Origin: Paecilomyces variotii
Taxonomy: Eukaryota
Reading direction: 5' to 3' (one strand)
NCBI GenBank assembly: GCA_004022145.1
Contig: RCNU01000008.1
Length of the DNA stretch: 64,000 nt
Under the pieces are notes generated by a model. It was not told where the DNA came from, did not search any database, and saw only the letters and a list, made by a program, of their open reading frames with translations. The position numbers and the translations under genes were made by a program. This document shows positions 41,034-54,435 of this stretch, one piece after another; the first letter of the stretch is position 1, and every line of letters begins with the position of its first letter.

Positions 41034-41526
41034 TTATATGGTCGTAGGGTCAATGATCGCACAGTTAGTATATAAGATATCATTCTGCAGCAAAGAATCA
41101 TAATCAGCAACCTCACTCTCAGACCCCAAAAAGACAAGAGGGATGAAAACTCACATCCGTAGAAGCATCACAACAGAGCGGATGATCCGTACATCCTGAC
41201 AAAGTATAGAGCGGATTGCCTACACCAATCCCCGAGAAATTAGCAAATCAAAGTTCCCCCTCACTTTCCATCCCCATCCCCATCATATTCCTTCTTGATG
41301 ATGAGTGGGAAAACTTACAATCAAGCCCCAAAAGACCCGTTGCCTCCTTGATGGGAATGCCATTTCGATTCAAAGTTTTGACAATGCTTGGATCAGAAAC
41401 CGTGCCGATGGTGCCGCAGCAGAGGGCAGAACCGCTGGCGCATTTAATGACAGGGTCCGCCTGAGCTCCTGCTCTTGCGAAGGATAGGGGCAGGAGAGTG
41501 AAGAGGGCGAGAAGGATGCTGTGCAT
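41034..41526 (-). CDS. Class I hydrophobin, 3 exons
   Basis: Signal peptide plus 8 Cys after splicing: C-X6-CC-X32-C-X8-C-X5-CC-X12-C; last exon NDILYTNCAIIDPTTI*. Confidence 0.85.
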
Positions 41527-42428
41527 TTTGAATTATTCTTTTTTTTTTTTTTTTTGCGTAGGTATTGTGGAAAGTAGTAAGATTAGAAATACTTCCAGTA
41601 GATGACTCAATAGATAGATGGAAATCTTGTTGTCTGTCGAGGAGGGGGGTCGAAGAGACCGTCTTTAAATAAAGATGGTGTCGGCAATATCTTCCTATCC
41701 CATCGCTAAGAAACTACAGTCAATGGTATGGTTATGTCTATAGTTAACTCAGAGGATCGCAGGTACAACGTTGCATGTCTTCCATGTTTCAGTGATTCTA
41801 TGTAAATAAGTGTCCCGCCCCTGGGCTTGGAAGATGGCAGCTAGAACCGAGACCTTGCAAGTAGTGTGACCCGCTGCGTTATAAGTATTAATAGTTTGAG
41901 TATAGGTGGGAACGAGTCTATTGTGGTTGTGTATGGTTGATAGGGATAATATTTATTTCAGGTTTAGGAATGTTGTTATTATGATGCCCCTTCGTGGGGT
42001 TGAGCTCATGGCCAACCCCGGCGCAAGGAACTTGGTCCTAAGCGATCGGCTATACAAACCGTTACCGCGCATGGTATGTATAAGCGCAGGTGTCCCTGAA
42101 TATTAATTCAAAGTTTTTTGAAGCGAGTATAGACAGGCAGGATCTCGCTATATATGTCTGACTGTTGAAGAATCGGAATGTGCCAGGCCTCGTATGCCCC
42201 CTTACTACCACCCCTCACGCAGGAGATCAGCAACACACACTACTGTATCGGATATTGACATCCATTATTTCTACGTAACTACTTCTGGGCCTCTTTATGT
42301 AGACTAGTATAGTTCCTTCCACAAAGTGTATCTTCTAAAACATCAACGATCATATCTGTGACACCTCAAAAAAGTATAGGGATTGCCCCGATAATCGACT
42401 AACTGATTTGATCACAAACCCTATTTAC

Positions 42429-44719
42429 TTATAGATCCTTTTCTACACCTTCAGAGACAATGACGGCAGTCTGGGGCCCTTCCTCTTCCCGGACTTTTCG
42501 CATACTTCGAGTATACCGCTTGCCAGCAACAAGCCACCAGAACAGCTCAATGATCATAAAGCCCCCGACACAGGCGCAAGTGTAATTCATGTTGGAGGCT
42601 ACATGGATTAATTTCTTGCATTAGCTATATGCCTCCAGATCCATAGGTGCGATAAATTCGTAGTTCACACGTACCTGTTACAGGCATGTAATATGGAAAG
42701 GAGAAAAAGACAATTGCGAAGATTAGCCAAGCAACTGTCACACTGTTGGCGAACATTCCGGGCAGGTTTCCCATGAAGAAAGGACCGCGGTGCATTCGCT
42801 TGCGTCTTTGTAGAAGGTTCGTTAATATGGGGACGAGGTACGCGATGTTGTTGATTGTGCTGTTACACGTTTTAATTCAATAAGTAATCCATTCAGTCTC
42901 TTTGTCCAAGGCGGGGGATGCTTACACTGCCGAACTCATCATCGCGTTGAAGGCTGTACTAGAGCCGAGATAAATGCAGCCAAGTAAGGCTATGATTACA
43001 GTCACGCAGAGTTGGGCATTGAACGGAGCCCCTAGTCTACGGTTGACTTTAGACCAGCTAGAGAGTTATTTAGCATGCATAGGACTTCAGTGACTCATGT
43101 AGGTGGCTTACATATTTGATAGCGGGAGACCATCGTCTCGAGCAAAGGCCCAGAAAATTCGGCCAGTGCCTGCAGAAGATAGTCAGAAAGTCCACTGATA
43201 ACTGCCTGGCAAGGGGAGACTTACTCAGCTGCGACCCGATCGTACACGGACCGAGGGCAATCCAAAGCATAAAAGTCAGGCCAAAAGCGCCTCCTCGGCT
43301 TTGAGTTGTCTGGCGAAAGATCTCAGCCAGAGGAAGACCGGTCGGGGAGTCAGCTAGTGTAGTGTAGTCCTGGACGGAGAACATGAGACTGAGCATGTAT
43401 GTGAGACCCGTGACGAACGCAATTATAAGTGTACATGCTGCAGAAAACGGTATTAGCTAGGTAATGGCTTGGAAGAGACATACTGACCAAGCGCAAGTGG
43501 TGCGTTTCTTCCTGGCTAGAATTATCTATTTAGCACGATATTGCTTGATCTCCATCGTTCCACTTACATTAGGCATCTCTTCGGTAATATGCTGGGTTCT
43601 GGTCAGTAAATATCCAGCAGTGCTTTCGAAAGACTCACAGTAATTCCATCCAGACCACCCAAGGAATACAGAGGGTTAACCAGGCCGGTAATGAAGCACA
43701 TGACGTTGTTTTCCCAGCCCGTATTGTTGATCCATGTCTTGAAGACGAACTTCGAATCGTTATGTGCTGGTGCTTTGGCAGCTACTGTGACCATAATGAC
43801 AAACCAAGCAATCTGAAGATAAGCCACTGATATCCCTGCATTAGTATCAATATCCGTATGCAAAGGTAAACATAGGCTTACAGGAAAACTTGTTGATCGC
43901 AGGTATCAATCGATTTCCGAACATCACTATGCCTGAAGTGATTAGATTGAGGCCTTGGTAGACAACAAATGTCATCCATGGCTGAATGACTAGACCATCC
44001 TTATATAGAGCTATCAAAGCCATAAAATTTGTGGCATATAGTAGGTTAGTAGATGCTGTGGTAAAGATCCCTACTGCTGTTAGACATGCGACAAGAGTCG
44101 ACAATCACAGAAAACTCACATCCGAACACGGTACTCCAGCCTGTGGCAAAGCTTAGGAAAAAGTTATATTTCTTTGGTGCGATTGCGGCTATCCAATGGT
44201 ACATCCCTCCTTCAACCGGGTATGCTGAGACAAACTCCGCCAGCGATGCGCCGAGAAAGGACTGGAGGATCGCGACAAGAATGAATCCATAGATTACTGC
44301 AATTGGTTTTGTCAGTATGAACTGCAGAGTAAACCTGGGTTGCTACTGAGCCTTACGTGCACCTGGGCCACCCGCGTTGATCGCTGTAATAAGACCGAGT
44401 CCAAGGCCTGTATATTATTCAGTCAACTATTCTAATGCAGGGTATACTGCCAAACATACCCGTCCACGAGATGGTACACGTCGAAGCGAGACCGATGAGA
44501 CTGAACACAGAGAAATGTCGCGCCAACTCCTGTTTGTGGCCTATCTCAAGGTATGTTAGAAGCCTCACATTCAAGTGTCCTGTGTCCTGAAACATTGAGA
44601 AATCACCTACCCATCTGTGCTAAGCGCAATTCATCCGCATCTTGAACTTTGATGACGCCTTTATCGTCGCCAGCGGCCGCAACAGCCAATGGTGCAAAAG
44701 TAACCTCGTCGGCACCCAT
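42429..44719 (-). CDS. APC-family amino acid/choline/GABA permease (Hnm1/Uga4-like), many introns
   Basis: SLAEFVSAYPVEGGMYHW, NNTGW, GLVNPLYSLGGLDG, HITEEMPNP, GRIFWAFARD, FSFPYYMPV, NMNYTC. Confidence 0.88.
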
Positions 44720-44846
44720 GGTGAGTACCTAGGTGTTCAAGGCAGCACACTCAATGCATTTTGAAAGTAAGTATTCAAGTAAAGACTCGTGCGATCAGAT
44801 TCCTGTCGGGACCTGCCCGCCATTGTGGCGGAAGCACTCCGCCTCT

Positions 44847-44867
44847 CTTATCGGGATAATGCTTATC
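44847..44867. promoter_or_regulatory. Cluster of GATA (AreA-type) sites upstream of the permease
   Basis: CTTATC-GG-GATAAT-G-CTTATC: three GATAA cores in 21 bp, ~130-150 bp upstream of the ATG of a nitrogen-source transporter. Confidence 0.5.
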
Positions 44868-45506
44868 AGCCACCTCGGACCATTGAGTGGAAGTGTCGAT
44901 CGTTAAGCCGTATCAGAAGGAATTATTAAATTCGCACGAATGAGACAATATAATAGAGTGCTGAGCAGTATTAGCTCGGTGCTACCTTATCATCAGACGG
45001 GTAGAAATGTTAGCACCTGAGATTTATTTGGCAGGTGGCTAACCAGCCCGGGCTACGCTCCCCCGCAGTGAGATGAATCAAAGCGGGCGGAGAGTTGTGT
45101 AGAGTTACTGCGGACGCTGTTAGTGCCAGTTAGATACAAGCCACCGTTTTGACCTTCTGTTTTTGACACAAAGCAATGGGCAGAAGTTATCTAGGACTGG
45201 CTCGTCCTTATGTGGTCTCAGCATTACTGGCCCTTAAGTCCTCCAAGCCGTCGGAACACACGCCAAGATAGCTGGCCATCTTAGGAACCTCTTTGCCTAA
45301 ATATTGTAAAGCATGTATAGAAGATTAGGTGTCGAAAAGCTTATTGCTCATAGGGTCTTTAAGTAGTATACGCACGGCTTCAACAAGCGCACATGTTGGT
45401 TCCATTATGCAAACGAAAATCTTAAGTCTGTATCCAAAAGGATATCTGAATCATAGCACTGATTCAAACGCATCTGGGTATGAAATGTAAGATTGGCCCT
45501 GAATAA

Positions 45507-46291
45507 CTAGAAAGTCGCTTTTCCTAAATTGGTATCGAGGTTGGCATCGATGAAGGGCACATTGCCGGAGCCCCAGTCAGTATCCGAAAGAGCGTCCTGT
45601 GCAAGAGTTGGGAGAGACTCCCACGCGATAAGTGGCTGGGTACCACCAACAGTTGAAGTGAGACCGCACTGGTGGTCTACCGGCCAGATGCTGTAGTACC
45701 GGATCAAGGGAGAGGTGCCGTCAAGCGTATATCCGTTCGTCGAACAGTCCCAGCCCCCATGGGCAGATGGGCATACAGCCAGGATATTGTCCGTGGAGGT
45801 AGAATTCGCGCTTGAAAGCCAGACAATGGCGCCTTCCCAGTCATGACGATGTCCAAGCCCATCAGATGGCTCATCTTTGGGGAAGTACCAGGCGTAGAGT
45901 AGAGCGTATCTATCGCCATAATTGGCTCCGCGGACGTAGATCTGACCGGTGCTGCTGCTACAGTCACCGTCGGAATCACCGGTAGGCGAGAGACCAGCAC
46001 TGTAAATGGTCAGACAAACCTTTTACTCGGAAGAGGATGAAAGACTTACTTGGTATCTCCCTCAGCGTCAACAGCTGGGAAAGGAACACAGCCGTTAACT
46101 ACCTTTAGGCGGGGCTGATAGGCTAGATAGAGGTCGCCTGTTGTACCGCTTGGAACTGTTTGAGCAAAACCGACGATCTCATCCGATGCGATGCTTCCAC
46201 GTCGCTGTAGACCTGTGATAGGACTCGCATTGCATGTGGTTGCAGCCAGGAGGCCTAGAGAGACATGAAGAAGACGAGAAAGGACAGACAT
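45507..46291 (-). CDS. Type 1 Nep1-like protein (NPP1 domain), 2 exons
   Basis: Signal peptide, GCVPFPAVD, second Cys in GDCSSSTGQ, ALLYAWYFPKDEPSDGLGHRHDWE with the GHRHDWE heptapeptide. Confidence 0.95.
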
Positions 46292-47269
46292 CCTGACAGG
46301 CTGAATCAGAAGCAACTTGTTCCTCAAGGATCGGACGTTAAAGGTATAGAATGGACGATCTTGAGGAATTGGCTTGTCACTGTCCTCTTGCCCATGCAGA
46401 GACGAAAGCCAGTACCTGTACTGGGATCCATTGGGACATGTCGACGTTAAATATCTTTGGCAGAAGATGGCTGGTCATAACTGGGACGGGTAAGTGGATA
46501 GGATAGTGGAAACACCCGAGACCCATCATTCTCAAAAGTAGGCTAACGGGCTCTCTCGCCCACTGGAACAGAACTGAAGTGGAGGCCTAGGGAAAACAAT
46601 CTAATAATGGGTCCCCGATATCTATGGTCCGGATCTTAAGCTTAACCTGGGGGTCAGGCGCACAGCCACCGAGGAATGTCAGGGGAAAACGTGATGTTCA
46701 AACGATCTTTTATTTGTACATAAACAATGCCCTGACTGTGAACTTTCTTGCAGAAGATTCAAGACACTGTTAGCTGCGAGTCTACGGACCCAGTGTGAAT
46801 TGGGGAAAAGACGGAGAGGAAGATGGTAGGATACGTTTGCAATTATTGATGGTCTGTTCGACATAGCTCAAATAATAATTTATGTGCACGCCAGGATGCC
46901 TGGGATTCCTTGAATCCACGTGCAAATTTTGGTGGCTTCTCCTGAATCTGATGTTCTCGTTAGATCTGAAACGTAGCAGTTGATAGTTCCTTGGCTCATA
47001 GTTTATCGGGGGCTGAACCTAAAGGAGCTTAACTTAGTGAACCCCAGTGCTGCTATTTCATACGCCGAGCAAATATAGAACAGTCCCCGAACTCCGTGCC
47101 TGACGATTCATTCCGAGCTTGGAAGCTAGGAACGAGACGGGTAACTAATTCATCCCTATTGTGGAACTTATATTTAGAGCCTTCAGAAGTTCACGTATTA
47201 TTCTTTCCCCGCGGATGAAGCTAATGATCGAATCTGAAACAAGTTTGCTCATCGCGAGGCTAAAAATTA

Positions 47270-47600
47270 TGCCCTAGGCATTACCTATGAATGAACCTTT
47301 CAAGTTGATGCAGTGCCCGCGTATAGTTGGTTTCCGGGTCTTTTAAATAGGGACGCATTGAAAGATGACAACAAATTAATCGCAATCACCCAGGAAATTG
47401 CGATGGCCCATCGTATGTAAGCTGCAATGCGGAACCCCCGAGTTGGGAAGATACGAGAGTACATCAGCAGGATAGAGATTTTGATGATCCCTACTGTAGT
47501 GCAGTAGATGTATTCATATGCCATTAGTAGCAATATAAACCTTCACGATGCTGATCGGGGTCAACAACATATATACCATATTGATGCCGGACATGCTACA
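47270..47600 (-). pseudogene. Remnant of a rhodopsin-domain (Pth11-like) membrane protein gene
   Basis: YCTTVGIIKISILLMYSRIFP..., then a frameshift into FQCVPI*K...GHCINLKGSFIGNA* with in-frame stops; flanking parts of the gene not found. Confidence 0.75.
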
Positions 47601-48333
47601 GCAGGAAACAGACAGTGAAATTCACATTACATATTCAGTCTGGTTGCAAGTTTCTAGTTTCTGAGGCTATTCAATGGCATCAAGAAGAGGCTGTAGTTAA
47701 TATTCACGTCATGCACTAACTTTTACTTCAGGAAATGCAGCACTGTCGGTATCTACTCCTTCTTGAGCCCGGCGGCCTGCTGATGCAGGGATCATTCGGA
47801 GGCCAAAACACAGCCATCTAAAGAAGCTTATCTCCATTTCTTTGATGTTATCTTGAGCCTATTTCTTGATAATTTCAAATATCTTCCTTGCCGTGATTTT
47901 TGTAACGTTTGTTTATGAAATTTGTGTATATATACTGGTAGCTGCGCGAGGGATAGGTATCGGGGCAATTGTTCGTGCGTGTTCCCTATTTGAGGAACTA
48001 TCTGGCTCTAAAATCTAATCCATGTCTGCTGTGCTTTCACCGGACATATATTTTGGTCTTTGCTAGCATAACGGTGTTTAGTTTCTGCCAATAAGATATC
48101 CATATTATCTTTCACTCGTATTTGCAAACGATTCGTGTCGCTGGAGTGAAGTGTACTTCCCACACCCTTTTCCCGTGCATGGCGGGCCTCTAATCGGCCC
48201 GATTAGAGAGATTTTGCAATGAAGCAGTCCTGTATCATTCTCTTTTATCGAGAATAGCAATTAAGAAGGACGTGACGTATTCCCTCTCACATCATTTCTG
48301 CTATAGTCTCGTGTTGTCAAAATCACTATAATC

Positions 48334-49182
48334 ATGGCTCATAACGAAAAGCTAGTATTTGTATTTATTCCCGGGGCCTGTCATATGCCAGAAGTCTTCA
48401 ATCCTCTCAGGCAGCTCATGTCCCAGCAGGAGCTCGACTCCGAAGTGGTCGCTCTTCCTTCTGTCGGTGCTGAGCCTCCCAACAAAAGCTTGACTGATGA
48501 TGTCTCCCATGTTCGCTCTGTCCTGCAACAGTTAGCTGAAGAAGGAAGACTACTTGTGGTGGTTGCTCACTCTTACGGTGGATTAGTCGGTGCTGGAGCT
48601 GTTCAAGGACTAGACTACGTCCAGCGTTCTCAGTCAGGACAGACTGGTGGTGTGATTATGTTGGTCTACATGACAGCACTTGTTGCACCAAGTGGAAACA
48701 GCCTCTACGATATGATTGGGGGCAAGTGGTTTCCATGGATAAAAGTAAAGGTTGTTTTATTGCGTTGCGTACCATCGATTTTGCTCAGTGCTGACCCATA
48801 CTATACTCCGTACATACAGGGAGACTACTGTTATACCTCCGATGAAGAAATCGTTTTCTACAACGACCTCTCACCAGACGAACAGAAAAAGTGGATATCC
48901 AAGCTAAAACACATTTCCGTTTCAGCACTCATGGAGCCCGTCACAAACGAGCCTTGGCACAATTTAGCATGTATGTATATATTGTGCGAAAAGGATATGT
49001 GTTTACCGATTGCCCTTCAAGAACAGTTCGCCAGTACTCTTGGACGCGGCTGCATTCTCTTCCGGTGCCAAGGGTCACACTCACCATTTCTGAGTATGCC
49101 GAACAAGATAATTGAGGGGTTAGAGTTGGCTGCTAAAGTCGGCGCTGAAAGGCATGGTTTGGCTAGTCAATCTCATATATAG
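48334..49182 (+). CDS. Alpha/beta hydrolase (methylesterase-like), one in-frame intron ~48751-48819
   Basis: FIPGACH oxyanion loop, nucleophile elbow AHSYGG, YILCEKD acid, GSHSPFLS histidine. Confidence 0.9.
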   Translation: MAHNEKLVFVFIPGACHMPEVFNPLRQLMSQQELDSEVVALPSVGAEPPNKSLTDDVSHVRSVLQQLAEEGRLLVVVAHSYGGLVGAGAVQGLDYVQRSQSGQTGGVIMLVYMTALVAPSGNSLYDMIGGKWFPWIKVKVVLLRCVPSILLSADPYYTPYIQGDYCYTSDEEIVFYNDLSPDEQKKWISKLKHISVSALMEPVTNEPWHNLACMYILCEKDMCLPIALQEQFASTLGRGCILFRCQGSHSPFLSMPNKIIEGLELAAKVGAERHGLASQSHI

Positions 49183-50064
49183 GATCTCTTACGTAGAGAG
49201 TTGAGTGAACTCTCCCAGGGTGTTCGGTTCATAGTTTCAACAAGAGAACGCCTCATAAGATTACTCGATATAAACGCCAACCGCCAAGGAGCCGGGAATA
49301 TACTCCATACTTATAGCTTGTTTCAAGTACAGACTAGTAAGGTTTTCTCCTGCCAGGGCAGAGGGGACATATGTGGGCAACGACGGTATTTTTATTTTAT
49401 TTTTTATATCCTTCCACAGCATATTGAATGGAATTATTAGATATCATATCATTGTTCACAATCTTTGTGCCTGTCCTTCCTCTGCAACTATAAAGCTGCT
49501 TGCTATACACAGGGTAGATGTAGTTTACATTTCTCCACGAATAAATGTGTTGTTATGACCCACTAGGAACAACAAGAAGCAGCAGTTGATCGACATTCGC
49601 GGTTTTATACCCACAAGAGGAATAAGATTCAGGGATCGCTTGTTTCTTTTACCAGAGCACCTGATCCCTATCTGGTCATGACGCGTTCTGTGGCGCTATA
49701 CTATTATTATATCTACAGAGAACTGCTCGGGACTTTTCCGTAGATAGTCGGTTACATATTCAATACAGAATGTTCGGAATCTCTCCTGTTGGTGGGACTA
49801 ACGACTTTTCAATTCAATGACACAGGAGCCTCTTGAAACAGATCAGACCAACAAAACTCCACCTCTCACCGTCAAGCACTCCTCGTTAGAGGAGCTTCTT
49901 TTATGTTCTAGTAATATATAATAATGCAGGCCTTCTTCCAATGCAGGAGCTTTCTCTCATCCAGGCACGGTATCACCAACTTTCCTTACGTGGGCCGCCT
50001 GTTGTCGCTCTTTTGATATCTAACTCTACGATTCTTTCTTGTTTATCTTAAACAACCACCCATT

Positions 50065-51585
50065 ATGCAGCTATCACTTCCTACACTCTTTATTTCATTG
50101 GGCCTTCTGGCTGTTCAATCGTCAGCCCAGCTATCCGGGGACGTCGGACCGCTGACTTCAGTCTCCACGAAGAAAGCCACGAAGACCTGCAATGTCGTTG
50201 ACTACGGCGCGGTAGCCGACCAGTCAACAGATCTAGGTGCTCCACTTGCTTCTGCTTTTGCAGACTGCAAGTCGGGTGGCCTGGTCTATGTCCCCTCCGG
50301 AAAATATGCCATGGACACATGGGTGACCCTAAGCGGCGGCAGTGCCTGGGCGCTTCAGATCGATGGACAGATATACCGCACCGGAACTGATGGTGGAAAC
50401 ATGATTTTTATTGAACACTCGTCGGACTTTGAGCTCTTCAGCAGCACGTCGAAGGGTGCGATCCAGGGAAATGGATACGAATATCATATCAATGGATCGC
50501 TCAGTGGTCCTCGCCTCTTACGATTCTATGATGTCTCACACTTCTCTGTGCATGATTTCATTCTTGTCGACTCGCCATCGTTTCATTTCTCAGTTGATAC
50601 CTGCTCTGACGGTGAGATTTATAACATGGCCATCCGTGGAGGTGATGAGGGAGGTCTTGACGGTATTGATGTTTGGAGTACCAACATTTGGGTGCACGAC
50701 GTATGTTGTCATGAACTAGGGAGGGCTCCAATAGCAAATGATCTAACATCTTCCAGGTCATGGTTACTAACAAGGATGAGTGTGTAACGGTCAAGGTAAA
50801 TCCTCTTTCTCGCCATATGCTTCCGTAGAGATGTCCGCTAATCTCGTATTCAGAGTCCTTCAAAGAATATCCTTGTCGAGAGTATCTACTGCAACTGGAG
50901 CGGTGGTTGCGCTATCGGTTCCCTGGGAGCAGATACCAATATCACTGACGTGACCTATCGCAACATCTACACCTGGTCGTCCAACCAGATGATGATGATC
51001 AAGAGTAACGGCGGCAGTGGATTCGTGGAGAATGTTCTATTCGAGAACTTCATCGGTATGTACTAGCATCTCGTGAACCAGCCACTCCAGACATAAGAGC
51101 TTTTTATACTAACCCGACTCAAAGGCCATGGCAACGCCTACTCCCTCAACATCGACAGCCACTGGAGCGGCCAGTCAGAGGCAGAGGGCGACGGAGTCCA
51201 ACTGAGCAACATCACGTTCAACAACTGGAAAGGTACAGAAGCCGACGGTTCAAAACGAGGTCCGATTCGCGTCATCTGTCCTGACGCTGTGCCTTGCACC
51301 GACATCACCATCAAAGACTTCGCCATGTGGACCGAAAGCGGTAGCGAACAATGGTACTCCTGCGAGAGCGCATACGGTTCTGGTGCCTGTCTGGAGGACA
51401 GCTCATCTGCTACCTCGTATGCTGTGACTACAACCACTGTCACCAGCGCTCCGTCTGGGTACTCAGCTCCCACCATGACGGGTGACTTGACAACTGCTTT
51501 TGGAACCACGGCTTCTATCCCGATCCCAACGATCCCCACGTCATTCTATCCCGGAGTGACGCCGTACAGCTCGCTTGCAAGATGA
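50065..51585 (+). CDS. rhgA: GH28 rhamnogalacturonase (RhgA/RhgB-like), 4 exons
   Basis: Signal peptide, [67 protein letters not shown] versus B paralog not resolved. Confidence 0.93.
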
Positions 51586-52191
51586 TGCAGGAATGGTCCT
51601 GGCTCCGTCCTTTGGTGTATATTTACTATATCTAATCCACATACCGTTTGTGCGATTTTGTCAATGCAAATAGTTGTCAGCACGGAGGCATCCTCCGAGT
51701 CTCCTAGAACCAAAGTTGGCCAAGACAAACATCACTGATTGAATATTGAGGATTGCGACGTGTCTCAGCAAGACATGGGAGACCATGACTAGACATCTAC
51801 GCAAAATAATGGCAGAAGATAACAGTAATGAGGTTGCACTAATGAAGCAACGCATCAGCGCGACCAAACAGAAGTGGCTCAAAACATCAACCGCGTAGAC
51901 GCGAAAATGTAATTCCCTACAGTAAATTCTGGAAAATACGCCTGCTTTTCAACCTTTCATCCATTCAAGAATCGCTCTTAAACATCACACGTCATAAGTT
52001 GCAGAAGCGACAACCTCGTGGTGCCGCCTTCCACTTCAAAGCCAAAAACCAGATCAAGACCATTCGCCGCTCCCACATCCTAAATCCTGCTGTGTAGCTA
52101 AAACACACCACGCAATCGATTCTGAGGGCTCTAAAGAATGGATATTTCCTGCTCAAGAGCAAGCGCGTTTAACGATTTGAGTTTTCGAAAT

Positions 52192-53090
52192 TTAAGCGAC
52201 CTCCTCGATCTTTGGCTTCTCCTGGCTCTTTCCCTCACCAGACTCGTCGCCCTCGAGCTCTGGCATATCGTCGTCCTAGACTATAGTTAGTTACGAGTCT
52301 AGGCCAACCATCTTCAAAGATCTGCATACCGATCCATCCTCCTCACCCTCGGCACCCTCAGCGCCGAAACCACCGTCAGCACCGAAGCCGCCGGCAGCGC
52401 CGCCGAGTTTAGAGAAGTCAATACCACCGAGACCACCGTCCTCACCGAAACCACCGAAGTTGTTGGCGTAGTCGTCTTCAGGAGCCTCATCCTGCTCGTC
52501 CTCATCGACCCACTAAATCCGTCAGCATGTCTCGATCCCTGAGAGGCCAGTAGCTTCCTGGATCATACCTTGTCGAAGTCGGTCTTGAGGAAGTGGACCT
52601 TCTTGCTCTCCTTCAGCAAGCGAGGCCAGTACTCTTCCTTGAGGTCCTTCTTGCGCAGCACCAGCTCGACCCCGCGCGGGGTATGGTTCACCTTGCTGTT
52701 CTCGGGGTCGATCTCGGCATATAGATCAAGCGACACATGGTACTTGATGCCCTTAATCGAGGTACCTGTGAATGACACGTTGTTTGCGGTGATGTTGAGA
52801 TCGGCAGAGGTCTTAGGCACATCGGGGACGTTGATGTTGACGTAGAGGTAGTTCTTGGCAGGATCAGAGCTCGAGGAGCGCTGAGCCCATGTCACTGGTG
52901 CAGTTCAAGTCAGCATTGGTGCTCTCACGACGTTAGACGAAGCCCATCCTGGCCCTTCTGACCAGCGATCAATAGGCGCAACTAATCGAGACTGTAAAGC
53001 TCTCTTGCGATGCCTATGCAGAACGCTCAGACCAGTGTGGGGTTATGGTGCTGCGGGCATACCTTCTGGGGTAACAGTTGTCTGCGACAT
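52192..53090 (-). CDS. sba1: Hsp90 co-chaperone p23 (Wos2/Sba1), 4 exons
   Basis: TPE|VTWAQRS, YWPRLLKE, FLKTDFDK|WVDEDEQDE, Gly/acidic tail, PKIEEVA*. Confidence 0.95.
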
Positions 53091-53255
53091 TGTGAGGAAG
53101 GTAAGGTAGGAGAGGTGACACAGAACTAATTAACGGATTGTAGGGTATAAACTGCTTGAGTCGAGGATCCCAAAAAGCTGGCGTTCGAGATTCGAGATGC
53201 GTGAAGCTAGAAGAGCCAGAGCGATTGCTTTGCCGCGAGGGATCCCGCTCTGCCT

Positions 53256-53270
53256 AGAAAGTACTGGAAG
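53256..53270. promoter_or_regulatory. Imperfect heat-shock element upstream of p23
   Basis: aGAAa-gTACt-gGAAg (nGAAn-nTTCn-nGAAn with one mismatch), ~170 bp upstream of the sba1 ATG in the divergent sba1/vps24 promoter. Confidence 0.35.
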
Positions 53271-53679
53271 CCTCATTGTTTGGCCTGTTTGCCTGGCCGT
53301 GGGTGACTAAGCCAGGCAACGCCCCTCCCCGGACGAGCTAGATATCGCTATCATCGCGATCAAGCACTCCAGGCACATCTAGATCGCCTCTTGAGCTGTG
53401 TCGGGATTCCAGACGATCAGCTCCCATCCTTGTTCTCCGTGCGCCGTCCAAGCTTGCCTCTTGACGCCGCGACATCGACGCCTTGGGCGTCTGCTGCCCC
53501 GCCCATTCCAACCATGCCCCCCCGGGTCCGCTTGTAACTTGAACTTTCAACATCGCTGAGCGGGTCTCCGGTATCTTGAAGCCTTATCACAGCCTACTAA
53601 CATAATCTGAAATTCCCACTGTTGGGGGAGACTTTGTACCAAATTCAAACGGAGAAAAACCGCCAGTTATTCGCCGGTC

Positions 53680-54435
53680 ATGGAGTCAATCAAAGCTGTA
53701 TTCTTCGGTCCTGATCCGCAGGCGCAGGTACGTCTATGTCTCTCTCCTCAGTCCGACGTAGCTCTTCTGTGCTGACAAGAGCTCAAACGGTAGATGAGGA
53801 AATGTAATCAACTCATTCGCGCAAATACCCGTCAGCTCGACCGTGATATTTCCCAATTGAAACAACTCGACAGCAAGACGCGTCAGTTGATCCTCAATGC
53901 GTCCCGTCGCGCCCAGAGAAACCCGTCGCAAGCGAAGCAGGCCAACAGTGAGGCCAAGACATTCGCGCGTGAGCTTGTTAGAATTCGCAAGCAGCATGGA
54001 CGTCTCACGACGAGTAGGGCGCAATTGCAGAGTGTGCAGATGCAAGTCAATGAGGCATTTTCCGTGCGGAAGATTCAAGGCAGCCTCAAGAAATCAACAG
54101 GCATCATGAAGGACGTGAACACTTTGGTTCGGCTACCAGAGTTGACCGGGACGATGCGACAGCTGTCGATGGAGTTGGTCAAGGCGGGTATCATCGAGGA
54201 GATGGTTGATGACGCCATGCCGGCCAACGAACTTATGGAGGACGAGGAGGAAGAAGCAGATGCCGAGGTCGACAAAGTCTTGCAAGAAGTTCTGCAGGGA
54301 AGACTCGCCAAGGCAGAACCTGCCCAGGCTACCAGGCCGCTGGAGGAAGAAGAGCCAGCTGTGGAAGAGAGCTTCGAGGACCAGGAGGCAACACTCGAGC
54401 AGATGAGGGGCCGTCTGGAGGCTCTCAAGAGTTGA
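53680..54435 (+). CDS. vps24: ESCRT-III subunit Vps24 (CHMP3), 2 exons
   Basis: MESIKAVFFGPDPQAQ|MRKC, ELVKAGIIEEMVDD, C-terminal MRGRLEALKS. Confidence 0.95.

Noticed and set aside
52330-52470. Repetitive CACCG-rich DNA
   Set aside because: Encodes the Gly-rich tail of p23; not an independent repeat or CRISPR-like array.
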